This document shows, one piece after another, positions 1 to 12,020 of a stretch of DNA of 64,000 nucleotides. Each line of letters starts with the position of its first letter. Position 1 is the first letter of the stretch. The stretch comes from Octopus vulgaris (Eukaryota), in assembly GCA_951406725.2 (NCBI GenBank), contig OX597822.1, positions 112,468,001 to 112,532,000 on the forward strand, in the 5' to 3' direction. A program made the translations under genes and the position numbers. The notes under the pieces are model-generated. The model did no database searches, was not told the DNA's origin, and saw only the letters and a list, made by a program, of their open reading frames with translations.

Positions 1-247
1 CCCATAAACGCTAACTATATTTTCCTTCTGTCTATGTGCCCTTGTGTTTTCACACCGCTAGACCAATCTCTAATCTTTTATTCCATAGTTTTTGATGTCA
101 TTGAGACTAACGATTCTGTCTTAAGGCATCGAAACATTAAAAATCCCCGGAGCGAGAGCAAAAGAAGTTTTTTTTAACATACATATATATAAAAAATTAT
201 ATATATATTTCGTTTGTTGTATATTCTAATCCTCACTGACTAATTTA

Positions 248-289
<42 letters not shown>

Positions 290-291
<2 letters not shown>

Positions 292-436
292 GAAGCTTTA
301 TGAAAATAGACAAAAGACGAAGGCAGGTTTACGGAAATAAACAAAAGACGAAGGCAGGTGTAATACAAACAAACAATTGTATTAGTATGGCGCTCAGGAA
401 TATAAAACAAGTCTTTTACGTTTCGAGCCTACGCTC

Positions 437-440
<4 letters not shown>
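290..440 (-). mobile_element. Penelope-pLTR-like fragment with truncated minimal hammerhead-like motif, between (TA)n tracts
   Basis: Minus strand reads TGAAGAG-CGTAGG-CTC-GAAACGTA. The 5' end is cut by the (TA)n run. There is an internal ~20-bp duplication (acaaaagacgaaggcaggt) and a related copy at 524-630. Confidence 0.5.
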
Positions 441-515
<75 letters not shown>

Positions 516-523
516 GTATATAT

Positions 524-630
524 AGGGAGAGTTTACTAAAAAAACAAAAGTCGAAGACAGATGGTATACAAAACAAACAGATGTATTAGTATAACGCTCA
601 GGAATAGGAAAAGTCTTTTACGTTTCGAGA
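524..630 (-). mobile_element. Second diverged copy of the 290-440 repeat
   Basis: Shares caaaa(g)..cgaag, tgtattagtat..cgctcaggaata and aagtcttttacgtttcgag with 290-440. Confidence 0.55.
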
Positions 631-749
631 GCAAATATTATGAATCAGATATTTATTGGGTTAATTTATGTGTGTGTGTGTGTGTTCTATATATATAGAT
701 ATGTATATATAACGTATATATACAAAGTGTATATATCTGTATTTATATA

Positions 750-802
<53 letters not shown>

Positions 803-1363
803 TATACATTTGTATATATAATGCGTATATATGTACATGCTTGCATTATGTGGTCGGTTGAGCTGAAAATATGCACACCTATGTTAAAAGTGCTGGCGAG
901 TTTGCATGGCAACTATTTTTTTTTCTCAAATGAAAGGCGTGACCTCTAAGACAAAATTCCTCATCTTATAAAATGTGGCCCGAGTAGAGCCGAATGAAAT
1001 CGGACTATATTAACCAAAATGTGAAAAGAGGTCTAAATGAGGCTTGAAGGGGATTAAAATTTACAGGAGCGGGTGTTTAGGAATTCTCTGTTACATCAAG
1101 CTAAAAGATTTGCGCCAGCCTTTTAATCGTCAATGTGTTGCCGTCCATGATGAAAAAGTTTTGAATGCTTGCCATGGTGAGTCTACTGTCGTGAGAAAGA
1201 ATCACTTCAAACTTGGTGTTTAGGAATTTTCCTTTACATCAAGTAATATTATATTATATTACATTCATAGTGTATTATGTTATATCATAATATAAATAAA
1301 TTATTGGATTGTATCTCTTTATTTAATTTATTGTTTATATGTTATAAATATATATTTACTCTT

Positions 1364-1624
1364 CGAGGGACGGCTGGATACTTTATAAACCGATCAAAGT
1401 ACTCCCGTGGGCTGTGACCATATGAGATTTATTTTTCAAGAGACTTTTGAAGTTTTCTTTAAACAGTCAGATGTCAGTTTACCTGGAAAGTTACCTGTGC
1501 AGTTATTAATAAGAAGGGTTGAAATTAATGCGTGCAGCAAGAGGAGATGAAATTAATGCATGCAGAATTTCATTGCTCTAGCATCCTTCCATAGTTAACT
1601 TATGAACTTTTCAGCCCACCCTTG
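1364..1624. mobile_element. Decayed Tc1/mariner-type MITE
   Basis: Imperfect terminal inverted repeats cgagggacggctggatacttt ... aacttttcagcccacccttg followed by TA; these resemble mariner TIRs. Confidence 0.55.
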
Positions 1625-1784
1625 TACAATGAAACCGTCGAGCGCTATTTACAGAGAGGGAGAGAAAGAGAGAAAGAGAGAGAGGAAGAGAAATAGAGGG
1701 AAGAGATAATGAGGAAGAAAGAGAAGTAGATAGAGAGCGAGATGTATATAAAGTGTGATAGATAGATTGATAGATAGATAAATA

Positions 1785-1947
1785 GGCGCAGGAGTGGCTA
1801 TGTGGTAAGTAGCTTGTTTACCAACCACATGGTTCCGGGTTCAGTCCCACTGCGTGGCACCTTGGGCAAGTGTCTTCTACTATAGCCTCGGGCCGACCAA
1901 AGCCTTGTGAGTGGATTTGGTAGATGGAAACTGAAAGAAGCCCGTCG

Positions 1948-1982
<35 letters not shown>

Positions 1983-2198
1983 GTGTATGTTTGTGTGTCT
2001 GTGTTTGTCCCCCTAGCATTGCTTGACAACCGATGCTGGTGTCTTTATGTCCCCATTACTTAGCGGTTCAGCATAAGAGACCGATAGAATAAGTACTGGG
2101 CTTACAAAAGAATAAGTCCCGGGGTCGATTTGATCGATTAAAGGCGGTGCTCCAGCATGGCCGCAGTCAAATGACTGAAACAAGTAAAAGAGTAAAGA
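1785..2198 (+). mobile_element. tRNA-derived SINE family A (CORE/MIR-like), full length
   Basis: A box (tggctatgtggt), B box (ggttcagtcc), MIR-like gtggcaccttgggcaagtg, internal TA/TG tract and aaaagagt tail; many copies in the window. Confidence 0.9.
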
Positions 2199-2239
2199 GA
2201 GAAAGAGATAGGTAGATAAATTGATTGATAGTTAGATAG

Positions 2240-2241
2240 AC

Positions 2242-2299
<58 letters not shown>

Positions 2300-2381
2300 A
2301 TAGACAGATAGACAACTAGATAGATCGGTTGATTGATTGATAGTTAGACAGATAGACAGACAGATAGATAGATTGATAGAT

Positions 2382-2418
<37 letters not shown>

Positions 2419-2420
2419 AC
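2240..2420. repeat. (GATA)n/(GA)n microsatellite
   Basis: Seen directly. Confidence 0.95.
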
Positions 2421-2596
2421 GAGAATAGTTTACAACTACTGATGAAAAATGCTTATGTGTAATAGACGTATATAAACTGACAATTTACTTGCACACAAAC
2501 GCTGTTTCAACACTGTAGTTAATTAATGCGCTTCTGTTATGTAAATGGGTGAAATCAGTACCCGTTATTTCATGTTCAACGTTCCAAGTCTGGCTA

Positions 2597-2604
2597 CACA
2601 TGCA

Positions 2605-2662
<58 letters not shown>

Positions 2663-2664
2663 CA

Positions 2665-2749
<85 letters not shown>

Positions 2750-2750
2750 A
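2597..2750. repeat. (CA)n microsatellite
   Basis: Seen directly; source of the HT/CV ORF artefacts. Confidence 0.95.
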
Positions 2751-2859
2751 TGTTGATAATTGCCTCATCTTAATCAGACGATAGCCGTCTCGCATTCAGT
2801 CCCATTGTTCTGATTTTCTTTCATCTTTGCCTGTGCATAAATGACTTTTCATGCCTTTC

Positions 2860-3400
2860 ATACATCGCCAAAGGACTTTATAAAATTTCGGACACATGCA
2901 AGGCTAAAGACAAACTCAAATTTTGAAACATAGTGCATTTGTATCGCACTACCTGTTGGCGTAAAGAAGCATATATGAATTGCAAACGATACACATCTTG
3001 AGAAAGCTGTGAAAGACTTTATCCACCGATGAACCCGTGGCAACACAGCCTTTGGTATAGAAATTCAAAATATTGTTATCAACGGAGCTAGGCACATTGG
3101 TGTCAAGAATTTTGATTTTAACACATTGGCACCAAGAATTTCGTTTCGAGTGGTTTATTTAAATTTCGCCCTGGAATGGGAAATAACAATTCTTCTTGGG
3201 GAAGTCGGTAGCGTCCCAATTGAGGAAACCGAAAGTTATTAAAGCACATTGACAAATCATCAGAAACCGATATTAACCTTTTTCGGACTTTAAGGAGACA
3301 CATTTTCTCGAAACCATTAAAACTCGACTTATTCTCCAAGCCGTTTCGACCCAACACTGTTAATACTACTATTCACTTAGTCCCTCTTCAGTTACCTTAA
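2860..3400 (-). mobile_element. Decayed Penelope-like element 5' region with degenerate hammerhead
   Basis: Minus strand CTGAAGA (3385-3391) ... GAAAC (3343-3347). Downstream frameshifted HICFF...VSKF resembles the PLE N-terminal HxxFLxxC...PKF motif. Confidence 0.35.
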
Positions 3401-3451
3401 ACTTGAATGAATAGGAGACATGAACGAGTAGAGCGTCATAGATCTACTAAA

Positions 3452-3641
3452 TTCTTTTATTCTTTTATTTGTTTCAGTCATTTGACTGCGGCCTTGCTGG
3501 AGCACGGCCTTTAGCCGAGCTTATCGACCCCAGGACTTATTATTTGTAAGCCTAGTACTTATTCTATCGATTCTCTTGCCGAACCGCTAAGTGACGGGGA
3601 CGTAAACACACCACCATCGGTTGTCAAGCGATGCTGGGGGA

Positions 3642-3680
<39 letters not shown>

Positions 3681-3814
3681 GCACATATATATATATACAT
3701 ATATATATATACGACGGGCTTCTTTCAGTTTCCGTCTACCAAATCCACTCACAAGGCTTTGGTCGGCCCGAGGCTATGGTAGAGGACACTTGCCCAAGGT
3801 GCCACGCAGCGGAC
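3452..3814 (-). mobile_element. SINE family A, 5'-truncated
   Basis: Reverse complement of the 1785-2198 copy. Confidence 0.9.
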
Positions 3815-5025
3815 ACGTAATAAATTTCACTCCCATCACACCAAACTTATAATTTATCAACCAGATATTTATAACTTACACAAATAAACTTATTTGGTTT
3901 AACTTATTTGGTTTAACTTCATTATTACAAGTTATATGAGTTGATGCAAACGCAAAATAGCCTCTTCTGACTCCATGTATGTGGATACTCTAGCAAAGAT
4001 TTGGAGTAGTTGGCTGTATTTGGAAAATATATACACAAAAAGTAATAGGTGATATTTAGAGCTACTCAATACAGAAAACACGTGGTAGTGCTCAGTTGAC
4101 TGGAACTTATACTTCGAAGTCTTTATCGAAGACAAAATGTGCGGGGTAAAGATTGGCTATAAGAGGAATCCAGGTGAGCTGATATGGAGACACCTTTCTC
4201 CCTACTTTAGTAATCTTCCTCTGCCGCTAACCAACCTTCATTCTTCGAATTTCCAATCTCGCTTCCCTGGCGGCATCTATAACTAGATCCCTTCCCTTCA
4301 TCTCAATACCCGCCTCTCTCTTCTCTCATCGTACCTACTTCCATTTCTCAGTGGCCCCTTCTGGGCTCGCTATCCAAACCCCACTCCCTATTTCATTCAT
4401 CGCTTCTTTACTAATTCTATAGCCTCCACCACGCCTAATTAATGATATCTCTTGTCAGCACACCCAACAATAGCACTATCCGTCACAATACCACCCACCT
4501 CATTCCTCCCCACTTGTCTCTAAACTCACCACTTCTACTTCTATTTATCTCGATCCCCTGGTTGCTCACACCCCTCCCTCTCCCTGCTCCGCCTCTCCTA
4601 ACTCTTCTTGCCCTTCTTCTGTTTCAACACTCCCCCTCCGAACCTCTAACATGCTCCTTCTATTTGCCTTCTTCACCCATTCTACCCTTAAATTCTCTCA
4701 AATTAAGATCTGAATCGCCAATCTTTCCACCTTGAAGACGAAGGCCGTATTTTACTGTAACGTTTGTATTCATCCACCACTGGTTGCATAACCTTGACTT
4801 TTGCACACTTCATCTGCCAACATCACAACTAATTCCGAGTCCACAGAAAGAGGTGTCGGGGCCAGAAATACCATGCCCCCACCCCTTAGTTTTCTGTATT
4901 TTTTGTACATCTTGTAAATTTGTTCTGTAAATATAAGAATACTTATATGCTTATACGAGTCTTCATCTTATTTTCCGATTTTGTTTCTCTATATATACAT
5001 CCCTATATATGCATTTATACGCATG

Positions 5026-5195
5026 AATGTATGTATGTATGTATGTATGTATGTATGTATGTATGTATGTATGTATGTATGTATGTATGTATGTATGTAT
5101 GTATGTATGTATGTATGTATGTATGTATGTATGTATGTATGTATGTATGTATGTGTGTGTGTATGTATGTAAGTATGCATGTAAGTATGTATGTA
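5026..5195. repeat. (ATGT)n microsatellite
   Basis: Seen directly. Confidence 0.95.
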
Positions 5196-5744
5196 TATTT
5201 TATATATCAAGCCCAAACGTGTTTACATCCCTCTCACACTCTGTCTCTTCACACACACACACACACACACACACACGTACTCCATTACCTTCATTTCCCG
5301 GATGATACTTCAGTAGATCTAATTTTCACGGACCCTCATAATCTGTCTAGGCCACAAGTCTGGTTGCAGACTGAGTATTTCTTGTCTCGTTGAAGAAGAA
5401 CGGCCACGTTTTACCATTAAGGTTTTAAGATCTTGATATTTCAAAATATTGGGCGTCGTCTTAAGGGATCCGTCTCCATTTGTGTCGTTTTCTTCGTCAG
5501 TGGTACACACGCGCACACACATAGGTATATATGAATGCGTGTGCGTATGTATGTGTGCGTGTGTGTGTATGAATGTGTGTGTTTGTGTATCTTTGTCTAT
5601 GTAGGTCGATGTCGTGTAACGTGATTAGAATGTGTTATCGATTTATAAGTTCCTCGAGGGGTCAATACATTTACTTCTTCACTTGCTACTGGGAAGAAGA
5701 GGGAAACAGAATGTAAGCTGCACTTCTGAAAATATTCGACGTCG

Positions 5745-5755
5745 CCTTCTTTCCT

Positions 5756-5787
<32 letters not shown>

Positions 5788-6037
5788 TTTTTCTTTCTTT
5801 CTTTCTCTATCTCTATCTCTCTTTTTTTCTTTCTTTCTTCTTTCTTTCTTTCTTTCTCTCTGTCTCTGTACGTGTGTGTGTGTGGAGAGAGAGAAAGAGA
5901 GAGGACAAAGGAAGGAGAGAGATAGAGAGAGAAATAGAGAGAAAGGAAGAGAGTGAGTGAGAACGGCTGCATGTAATATGTTGAAATAATAAATATATTT
6001 ATATGTATGCATGTGTGTTTTTATATAGTTTGATCTC

Positions 6038-6068
<31 letters not shown>

Positions 6069-6085
6069 CTCTTTTTCTCTCTCTC

Positions 6086-6160
<75 letters not shown>

Positions 6161-6350
6161 CATACATATATATATATATGTGTGTATGTGTGTGTGTGTG
6201 CGTGCGTGCGTGAGTGTGTGTGTATGTGTGTGTGAGCGTGTGTATATGTGTATGTGTGTTTGCATGTGTGTGCGTGCGTGAGGGTGTGTGTATGTGTGTG
6301 CCTGCGTGTTTGTGCTTTCTGTGTGATGGAGTTCACACGGTGTGTGTGTG
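5745..6350. repeat. Compound microsatellite cluster (TTTC, GA, CT, TA, TG)
   Basis: Seen directly. Confidence 0.9.
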
Positions 6351-6676
6351 TACACCAGCAATAAAGGAGATCAATAATCATATTGAACCAAAATATGCTG
6401 CAAAGTAAGGCAACATCTTTTTAGTTTCTCTGTTTTATTTTTACTTCTTTGTAAATACTTCACGAAGAAACGTTCGATTGAGTCATGTGACAAGAAAACT
6501 AAGCGTAATTTGGGAAATTAGCGCAAGGTTTACAGTTTTGTAGGGAATAAGATGAAAGGAAAGGCATGTATAATACTCAATTTATTCATTTCAGGGGAGT
6601 CAAAGTCCCCCAGAATCTCAGCTGATGGAATTTAAGCTAACAGCTTCTAAATAAGTCTTTATGGTTAATAACTTTA

Positions 6677-7106
6677 TGGCAGCTGACTTGGCAGACACCC
6701 ATAAAATTATTAACCATCTTACAAACAATAACTCTGAGCACCTTTTTAAACTCCACCCGTCTAACACCCGTGGACATGTTTTACAAAGTCAGAAAACAGC
6801 ACAGCTCCCATGACTTTCGAAAACATTTTTTCATGCTAAGAGTTGCTGAAGCATGGAACAAACTGCCGGCATCAGTTGTTAGTTGTCGGGGCACTGCATC
6901 CTTCAAAACTTCCATGCTTCCTGAGATTCGCCAACACTACGCCTGATTTTCTCCCCTCCATACACACACAAGCATGTATCTGACTCATACACTGTTCACT
7001 TCCCAGACATTTGTACATTACTGCATATGCTTTATACACACTTTTGACAGGTTGTGGTGCACCTGAGCACTGTATACTATAATTTCATTATTAGTATTAT
7101 TATTAT
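6677..7106 (+). mobile_element. CR1-clade LINE 3' end
   Basis: Translates (one frameshift) to HKIINHL...SNTRGH..KVRKQHSSHDFRKHFFMLRVAEAWNKLPASVV, a CR1 ORF2 C-terminus, then 3' UTR and (ATT)n tail. Confidence 0.85.
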
Positions 7107-8896
7107 TTTAGTAAGCTGAGGAAGAAGAGCTTCTGTGAGCTCTTTTAGGGCTTATGAGACTGATGAGAGGGAGCCGCCCTCAGTCCAGAAACGTAGCTAG
7201 AATACTTACAACAGCACGGGCTCTGCTAAAGGCATCTATGAAGAAAATACTTTTAGGCTTTGATTGCAACATTCCACCGCTTCTACCGATCTGCCATTGA
7301 TAAAAATTTCTCACAAGGGCAAAATAGTAAAATACAACGGGTTCGGTAGAGACGGTCGACTTAGTATGACTGGTGATTGGTATTTAATCGACACGGAAGA
7401 AATAAAAGACCAAATTGACCACAGCAGTATTAGAATTCAAAAGCTAGCGACACAAAATTAAATACGAAAAGGCATTATTTTGAGGTTCAAGTCACCATGC
7501 TATATTGTTGCAGATGCTAGAGACTAAGAATGGTAAATGCAACACAGATACGAAGTACGTTTCTGCAAAATTGAGTTCACGAGCATTTTGACTCCTGATT
7601 GTTTCAATTTCAATAAAATTATGCTGTATGTATCCCCACGCCCGAGGAAGGTCGTGAAGTCTCATTCTTCGATGAAGTTTTGCTAAAGAAGTGAAATTAG
7701 TTGTGATAGTAGACGAACGCACAAAGATAATATTTCTGTGCAAATTATGGAAAACATTAAAAATTATAAAGCATGTTTTAACCAAAGGATAAATCATAAA
7801 CAGAAAAATGACAAAGATGCCGAGTAAGAATGGATTGTTTGTCCTATCAAAGAATATCATAAATATTAATATTAGCCAGGCGTCGAGGATCAGTTTGACC
7901 ACCACCGAAAACTTTGTAATAACATGTGGGAAAATCCTTTGGGGACCACAGTTCATGAAAGATCAAATTCCTGCAAAAATTGTAAAAATTTATTTCATCA
8001 AGAAAGAGGTTTGTGTACAAGACCAAACTTAAGGCAATCAATTTACCCTTAATGTTCCATCGAGAAAAAAAAGATAAGATCTACAACTATGAATATCAAC
8101 TTTATATATGAAATCGAAATGGTAAAATCACTGGCACTATCTTCACCTTTTTCATTTACCACAGTCAAGCTATTTCGTATTTAAGAGGATTATATAAGTC
8201 TATTTTTTCGCCTTCTTTCTTAACTATTCGTGGCCCAGCGGAGCACGCAATATCAATTATAGAACATGTGGTTTCCGAGGTTTACCTTGTCCCCCACCAC
8301 TAGAACCAGCTTGTTGTACTCAAGAACACACAAGATTAAATCATATCTGTTTGCCTAAGTTACACATGTTTGCAAAATAATGAAATCTTTATTACACAAG
8401 GTGACAAACAAACAAGAAAGTTGTGGGAGGCGAGAAGAAACAAGTGATCTTTAAAATGGACATAGCGAATTTTCTACAAATATTGAATAATAAATTTGCC
8501 ACCTTTTGAATATCATGGAAAGACTTGTGACAATTAAGCCAGCTTAGAATAAAGACAGACATTGCAAGTTTTAGTTATCAGAATTTTGTAAGACAGGCAT
8601 GAAGATACACATCTTCACAATTTTCTTTTGTATGTCTATAAAATAAGATTCTCATTTTTAATTCATAGAATTCCTTCTTCTAAATGTCACCAGGACAGAT
8701 TCTACTTATCTCTCACGGTAGAGAATTATCGGCCAAAATAATCTACTTTAATGGTCAATCTTAATTCTTCAGAATCATTTCGTTATTTCAAAATTAGCAT
8801 CTTTACGAAGAATAGAAAACGTAGAAACATACTTTATTGAATCTTATACATTATCTTATACAGCTAAAACACGCGCTCGCGCACACACAAATACAG

Positions 8897-8897
<1 letters not shown>

Positions 8898-8947
<50 letters not shown>

Positions 8948-8955
8948 GTTATTAT
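8898..8955. repeat. (TTA)n tract at the 3' end of a Dong/R4-type element
   Basis: Seen directly; Dong elements are known to target and end in TAA repeats. Confidence 0.9.
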
Positions 8956-9301
8956 TTTCATGTACACAACAGATTAGACTGTTGGAAAAGAAGAGATCTT
9001 AACATCGGGCTACAACAGAGTAACCTTAGATGCCAAGAACCCTCCCAAGTACCCTAGCTGTCCCTACTAACACTGTTTTCTGGAGCTGTACTAAACAGGG
9101 TTTTATGCCTATTTCCTCTATCTCTCTGTTCAGATATAACTACTGGGATACATTTTACCCGCCCTTTCCATAGTCCCTGTAATTCAATGGCTGGGTCCTG
9201 GTACTTTGCTATTTTTTCTATACCTCACATATTGATTTTTTTCATCATTTGGAACAGTAGAGTCAATTATCTGGCCCTTTCTATTCTCTTTATCGACGAC
9301 G

Positions 9302-9388
<87 letters not shown>

Positions 9389-10262
9389 ACTGCTGCTAAT
9401 CAGGCATTCTAGCTTCTATTACTCTGTTAGTCTGAATATTAAAGTCTCATGACATCTTGTATTTCTTACTTTCTAGTACTTTACTTGGTTCATGTTCATA
9501 CCATTTATCAGTATGTTCAAATCCTAGTCTTCTACGTAGCCCCCAATGGATTACTTCCTCCTAGGTTGTCATGTCTTTTCTTGTATTCTTTCTGTGCCAG
9601 CATGTTACATTCAGTTACTATTTTGATTTTTATAACCCACATTGGGAATCTACTTGATTTTTGTCTATCTTGGCTTTTATCCAACTAGTCCTTAATACTT
9701 GATCTTGTGCAGCTACTAACAAACTTCCTGTCTTTCTTTTCAGCTTTCCTTTTTGCAACCATATCTATGTCTCACTACAGCTATTTGCTGCAACTCTCTT
9801 TTGGGATCTATCACGCAGCCTTCTCCTGCCAGTCAGATAACTTCTGTTCTTTCTTCTGGTTTTTATCTTCGTTTGGGTTCTTGCTTTCCCTATGTCTTGT
9901 TGTGACTCTAGTAGCTTTTAGTAAACTTCCTTCACTATTACCTACGTAGGAGTTTATTTACTCTAGCCAACTCCACGCAGTCTTCTCCTGATATCAACCC
10001 TCTTCTACCTTCCTTTCTACGGAAGTATAATCTTGCTGCTCCTGCTCTTATGTGGAATTCTCCATTCATATTGAATTTCTTCCTAATTCTCCTGTCTAGC
10101 TTTGCTAATTCAGTTTTTGTCCAATCTACAGAAGCTGTTGAGTATCTAAGTAATGATACTGCCCAAGTCTTCACAACATTCGGTCCATTTAGCTTTGACT
10201 TCATTAGCTACCACACCCTTCTGATGTGCTCCTTCTCAATTTTCGTTTTCTTATACGCTTCA
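8956..10262 (-). mobile_element. Decayed Dong/R4-type non-LTR retrotransposon, 3' part (RT thumb, RLE endonuclease)
   Basis: TWAVSLLRYS...LDRRIRKK...RLYFRRKEGRRGL; DFNIQTNRVIEARMPD...DKENRKGQIID; C-terminus LQKTVLVGTARVLGRVL; abuts (TAA)n. Confidence 0.85.
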
Positions 10263-10263
10263 T

Positions 10264-11670
10264 AAACTGTTCGTTATTAACTGTCTTTAATAGTTTTTCT
10301 GTGCTACTCTGTAAATACTCTACCGGTCGTTTTCTTTCCATCTGTACACATTCTTCTCTTGCTATTAAGCCTCTTCTCCCCTAGCCTTTCCTCAAGTACA
10401 GCCGATTGATATCAGCTTTCTGATGCTGGGCTCCATACATTGTCAACACCTTCCTAGTTTTTCTGTCAAGTTTCTTTATTTCGTTTCTGGTACAGTCTAT
10501 AATTCCAACTCCATGTCTGATTAAGGGTACTGCTCTTAAATTTATTGTTTCAATAAGATTTTTTCAAGTCAGTTTTGTAATAATTTTCTTACTCCCCTTA
10601 TGTACTCCCTATTGGTAATTTATTTCATTTATTCATTTTTCTAATCTCCTCTGCTTCCAGTATTCCCAAGTACTTATACCACTGTCCTTTCTCAACCGCT
10701 CTCATTGTTTGCCCATTTGGCATTTCAGTTCCCTGGCTTCTTTAAAAAAAATCCTCGTTTCATTTTCCGTATAACACACTTTTGTATCCCAATTTCCATA
10801 CCTACCTCATTTGAGGAAAAGCAGATACTATGTACAAGACTTTCAGGCTGTTTCTCATTTTTTTGCATAAACTTTTATATCATCCTTTTACCAAATCGTA
10901 AGGAATTTTAAATTTTCGTAGTATCATAGTGAGCGGTGTCATGGCCAATACGAATAGTAATAGAGATAAGTTATCACCTTGGAATTTTCTGCGTCTGATG
11001 TTCACTTTTCCGGCTTTTTGTTTTCCTCCGATCAATTCAGTATTCCGATGTTTCATATTTCATTAAGCATTTTCTCCATGATTTTTGCTATTCCAAGCAT
11101 GCTCATTGTTTTGCATATCTGACTGTGTGGTACCATTTCATATACTTTTAAAAAATCTAGCTGTTCTACATTCAGTCCCATCAATCTGCGTCTACAATTT
11201 CTAATTATCAGTTTATCAACCAATAAGTGTTATTTTGTTGCCCTATTTTGTTTCCTGCATCCATTCTGTTCTTCCGGAAGTAGATTGTTACTTTCCAGAT
11301 GGTTGTATAACTCTTCCGACAAGACACAGGCCATAAGCTTCCACATTAGTGGTAAACAGGTTATAGGTCGAAAATTCGATGCCAAGTTCCTTTCAAGGGA
11401 TCCTTGAGGCATAGCAGCATTCGTCTATTTGTCATCCAGGCAGGGACGTGACCTCGCTGCAGGCTGTCATCCAGTTGCTCAGCGGTACTTTCATACAATT
11501 GTGTAAAGTTCGTCAGCCAACAGCCCTGTACTCCATCCGGGCCCGGTCCTTTCCAATTTGCTATTTTTCTAAACTTCTGTCTCACTGTATATAGATCAGT
11601 TCTAGCGTCCTTTTTGCTTGGTACAATTGTAAGTTGTCTTTCCACCTTTGTTAGCCAATCCGCGTTCGTT
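10264..11670 (-). mobile_element. Second decayed Dong/R4-type element (RT domain)
   Basis: [40 protein letters not shown] and LDRKTRKVLTMYG...RLYLRKG motifs; many stops and frameshifts. Confidence 0.85.
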
Positions 11671-11674
11671 TTCT

Positions 11675-11860
11675 TTATGTCTTTGTGTTAGTCTTTGTAT
11701 CCCACCACCGCTTGACAACCGGTGTTGGTGTGTTTATGTCTCCGTAACCTAGCGGTTCGTCAAAAAGACCGATAGAATAAGTACTAGGCTTTAAATAAAA
11801 GATAACAAAAAATTATTGGCCGCATTCTAGTGGCTGAAACAAGTAAAAGATAAAAGAAAT
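11675..11860 (+). mobile_element. SINE family A 3' half, degenerate
   Basis: cgcttgacaaccggtgttggtgtgtttat...gatagaataagtactaggc...gaaacaagtaaaaga. Confidence 0.75.
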
Positions 11861-11866
11861 AAAAAC

Positions 11867-12020
11867 TTTTACCCGCACTTTCCATAGTCCCTGTAATTCA
11901 ATGGCTGGGTCCTGGTACTTTGCTGTTTTTTCTATATCTCACATATTGATTTTTTTCATCATTTGGGACAGTAAAGTCAATTATCTGGCACGTTCTATTC
12001 TCTTTATCTACTCCTACTAA
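11867..12020 (-). mobile_element. Dong/R4 RLE fragment, near-identical to 9152-9294
   Basis: About 145 bp direct repeat of the earlier RLE-coding segment. Confidence 0.85.

Noticed and set aside
1798-2019. Recurrent '[22 protein letters not shown]' peptide in several ORFs
   Set aside because: Antisense translation of SINE family A, not a gene family.
4730-4880. Possible hammerhead (TTGAAGA...ggcc...ggccAGAAA) after a pyrimidine-rich tract
   Set aside because: Core lacks C3, spacing is wrong and no stem I or NUH site is found.
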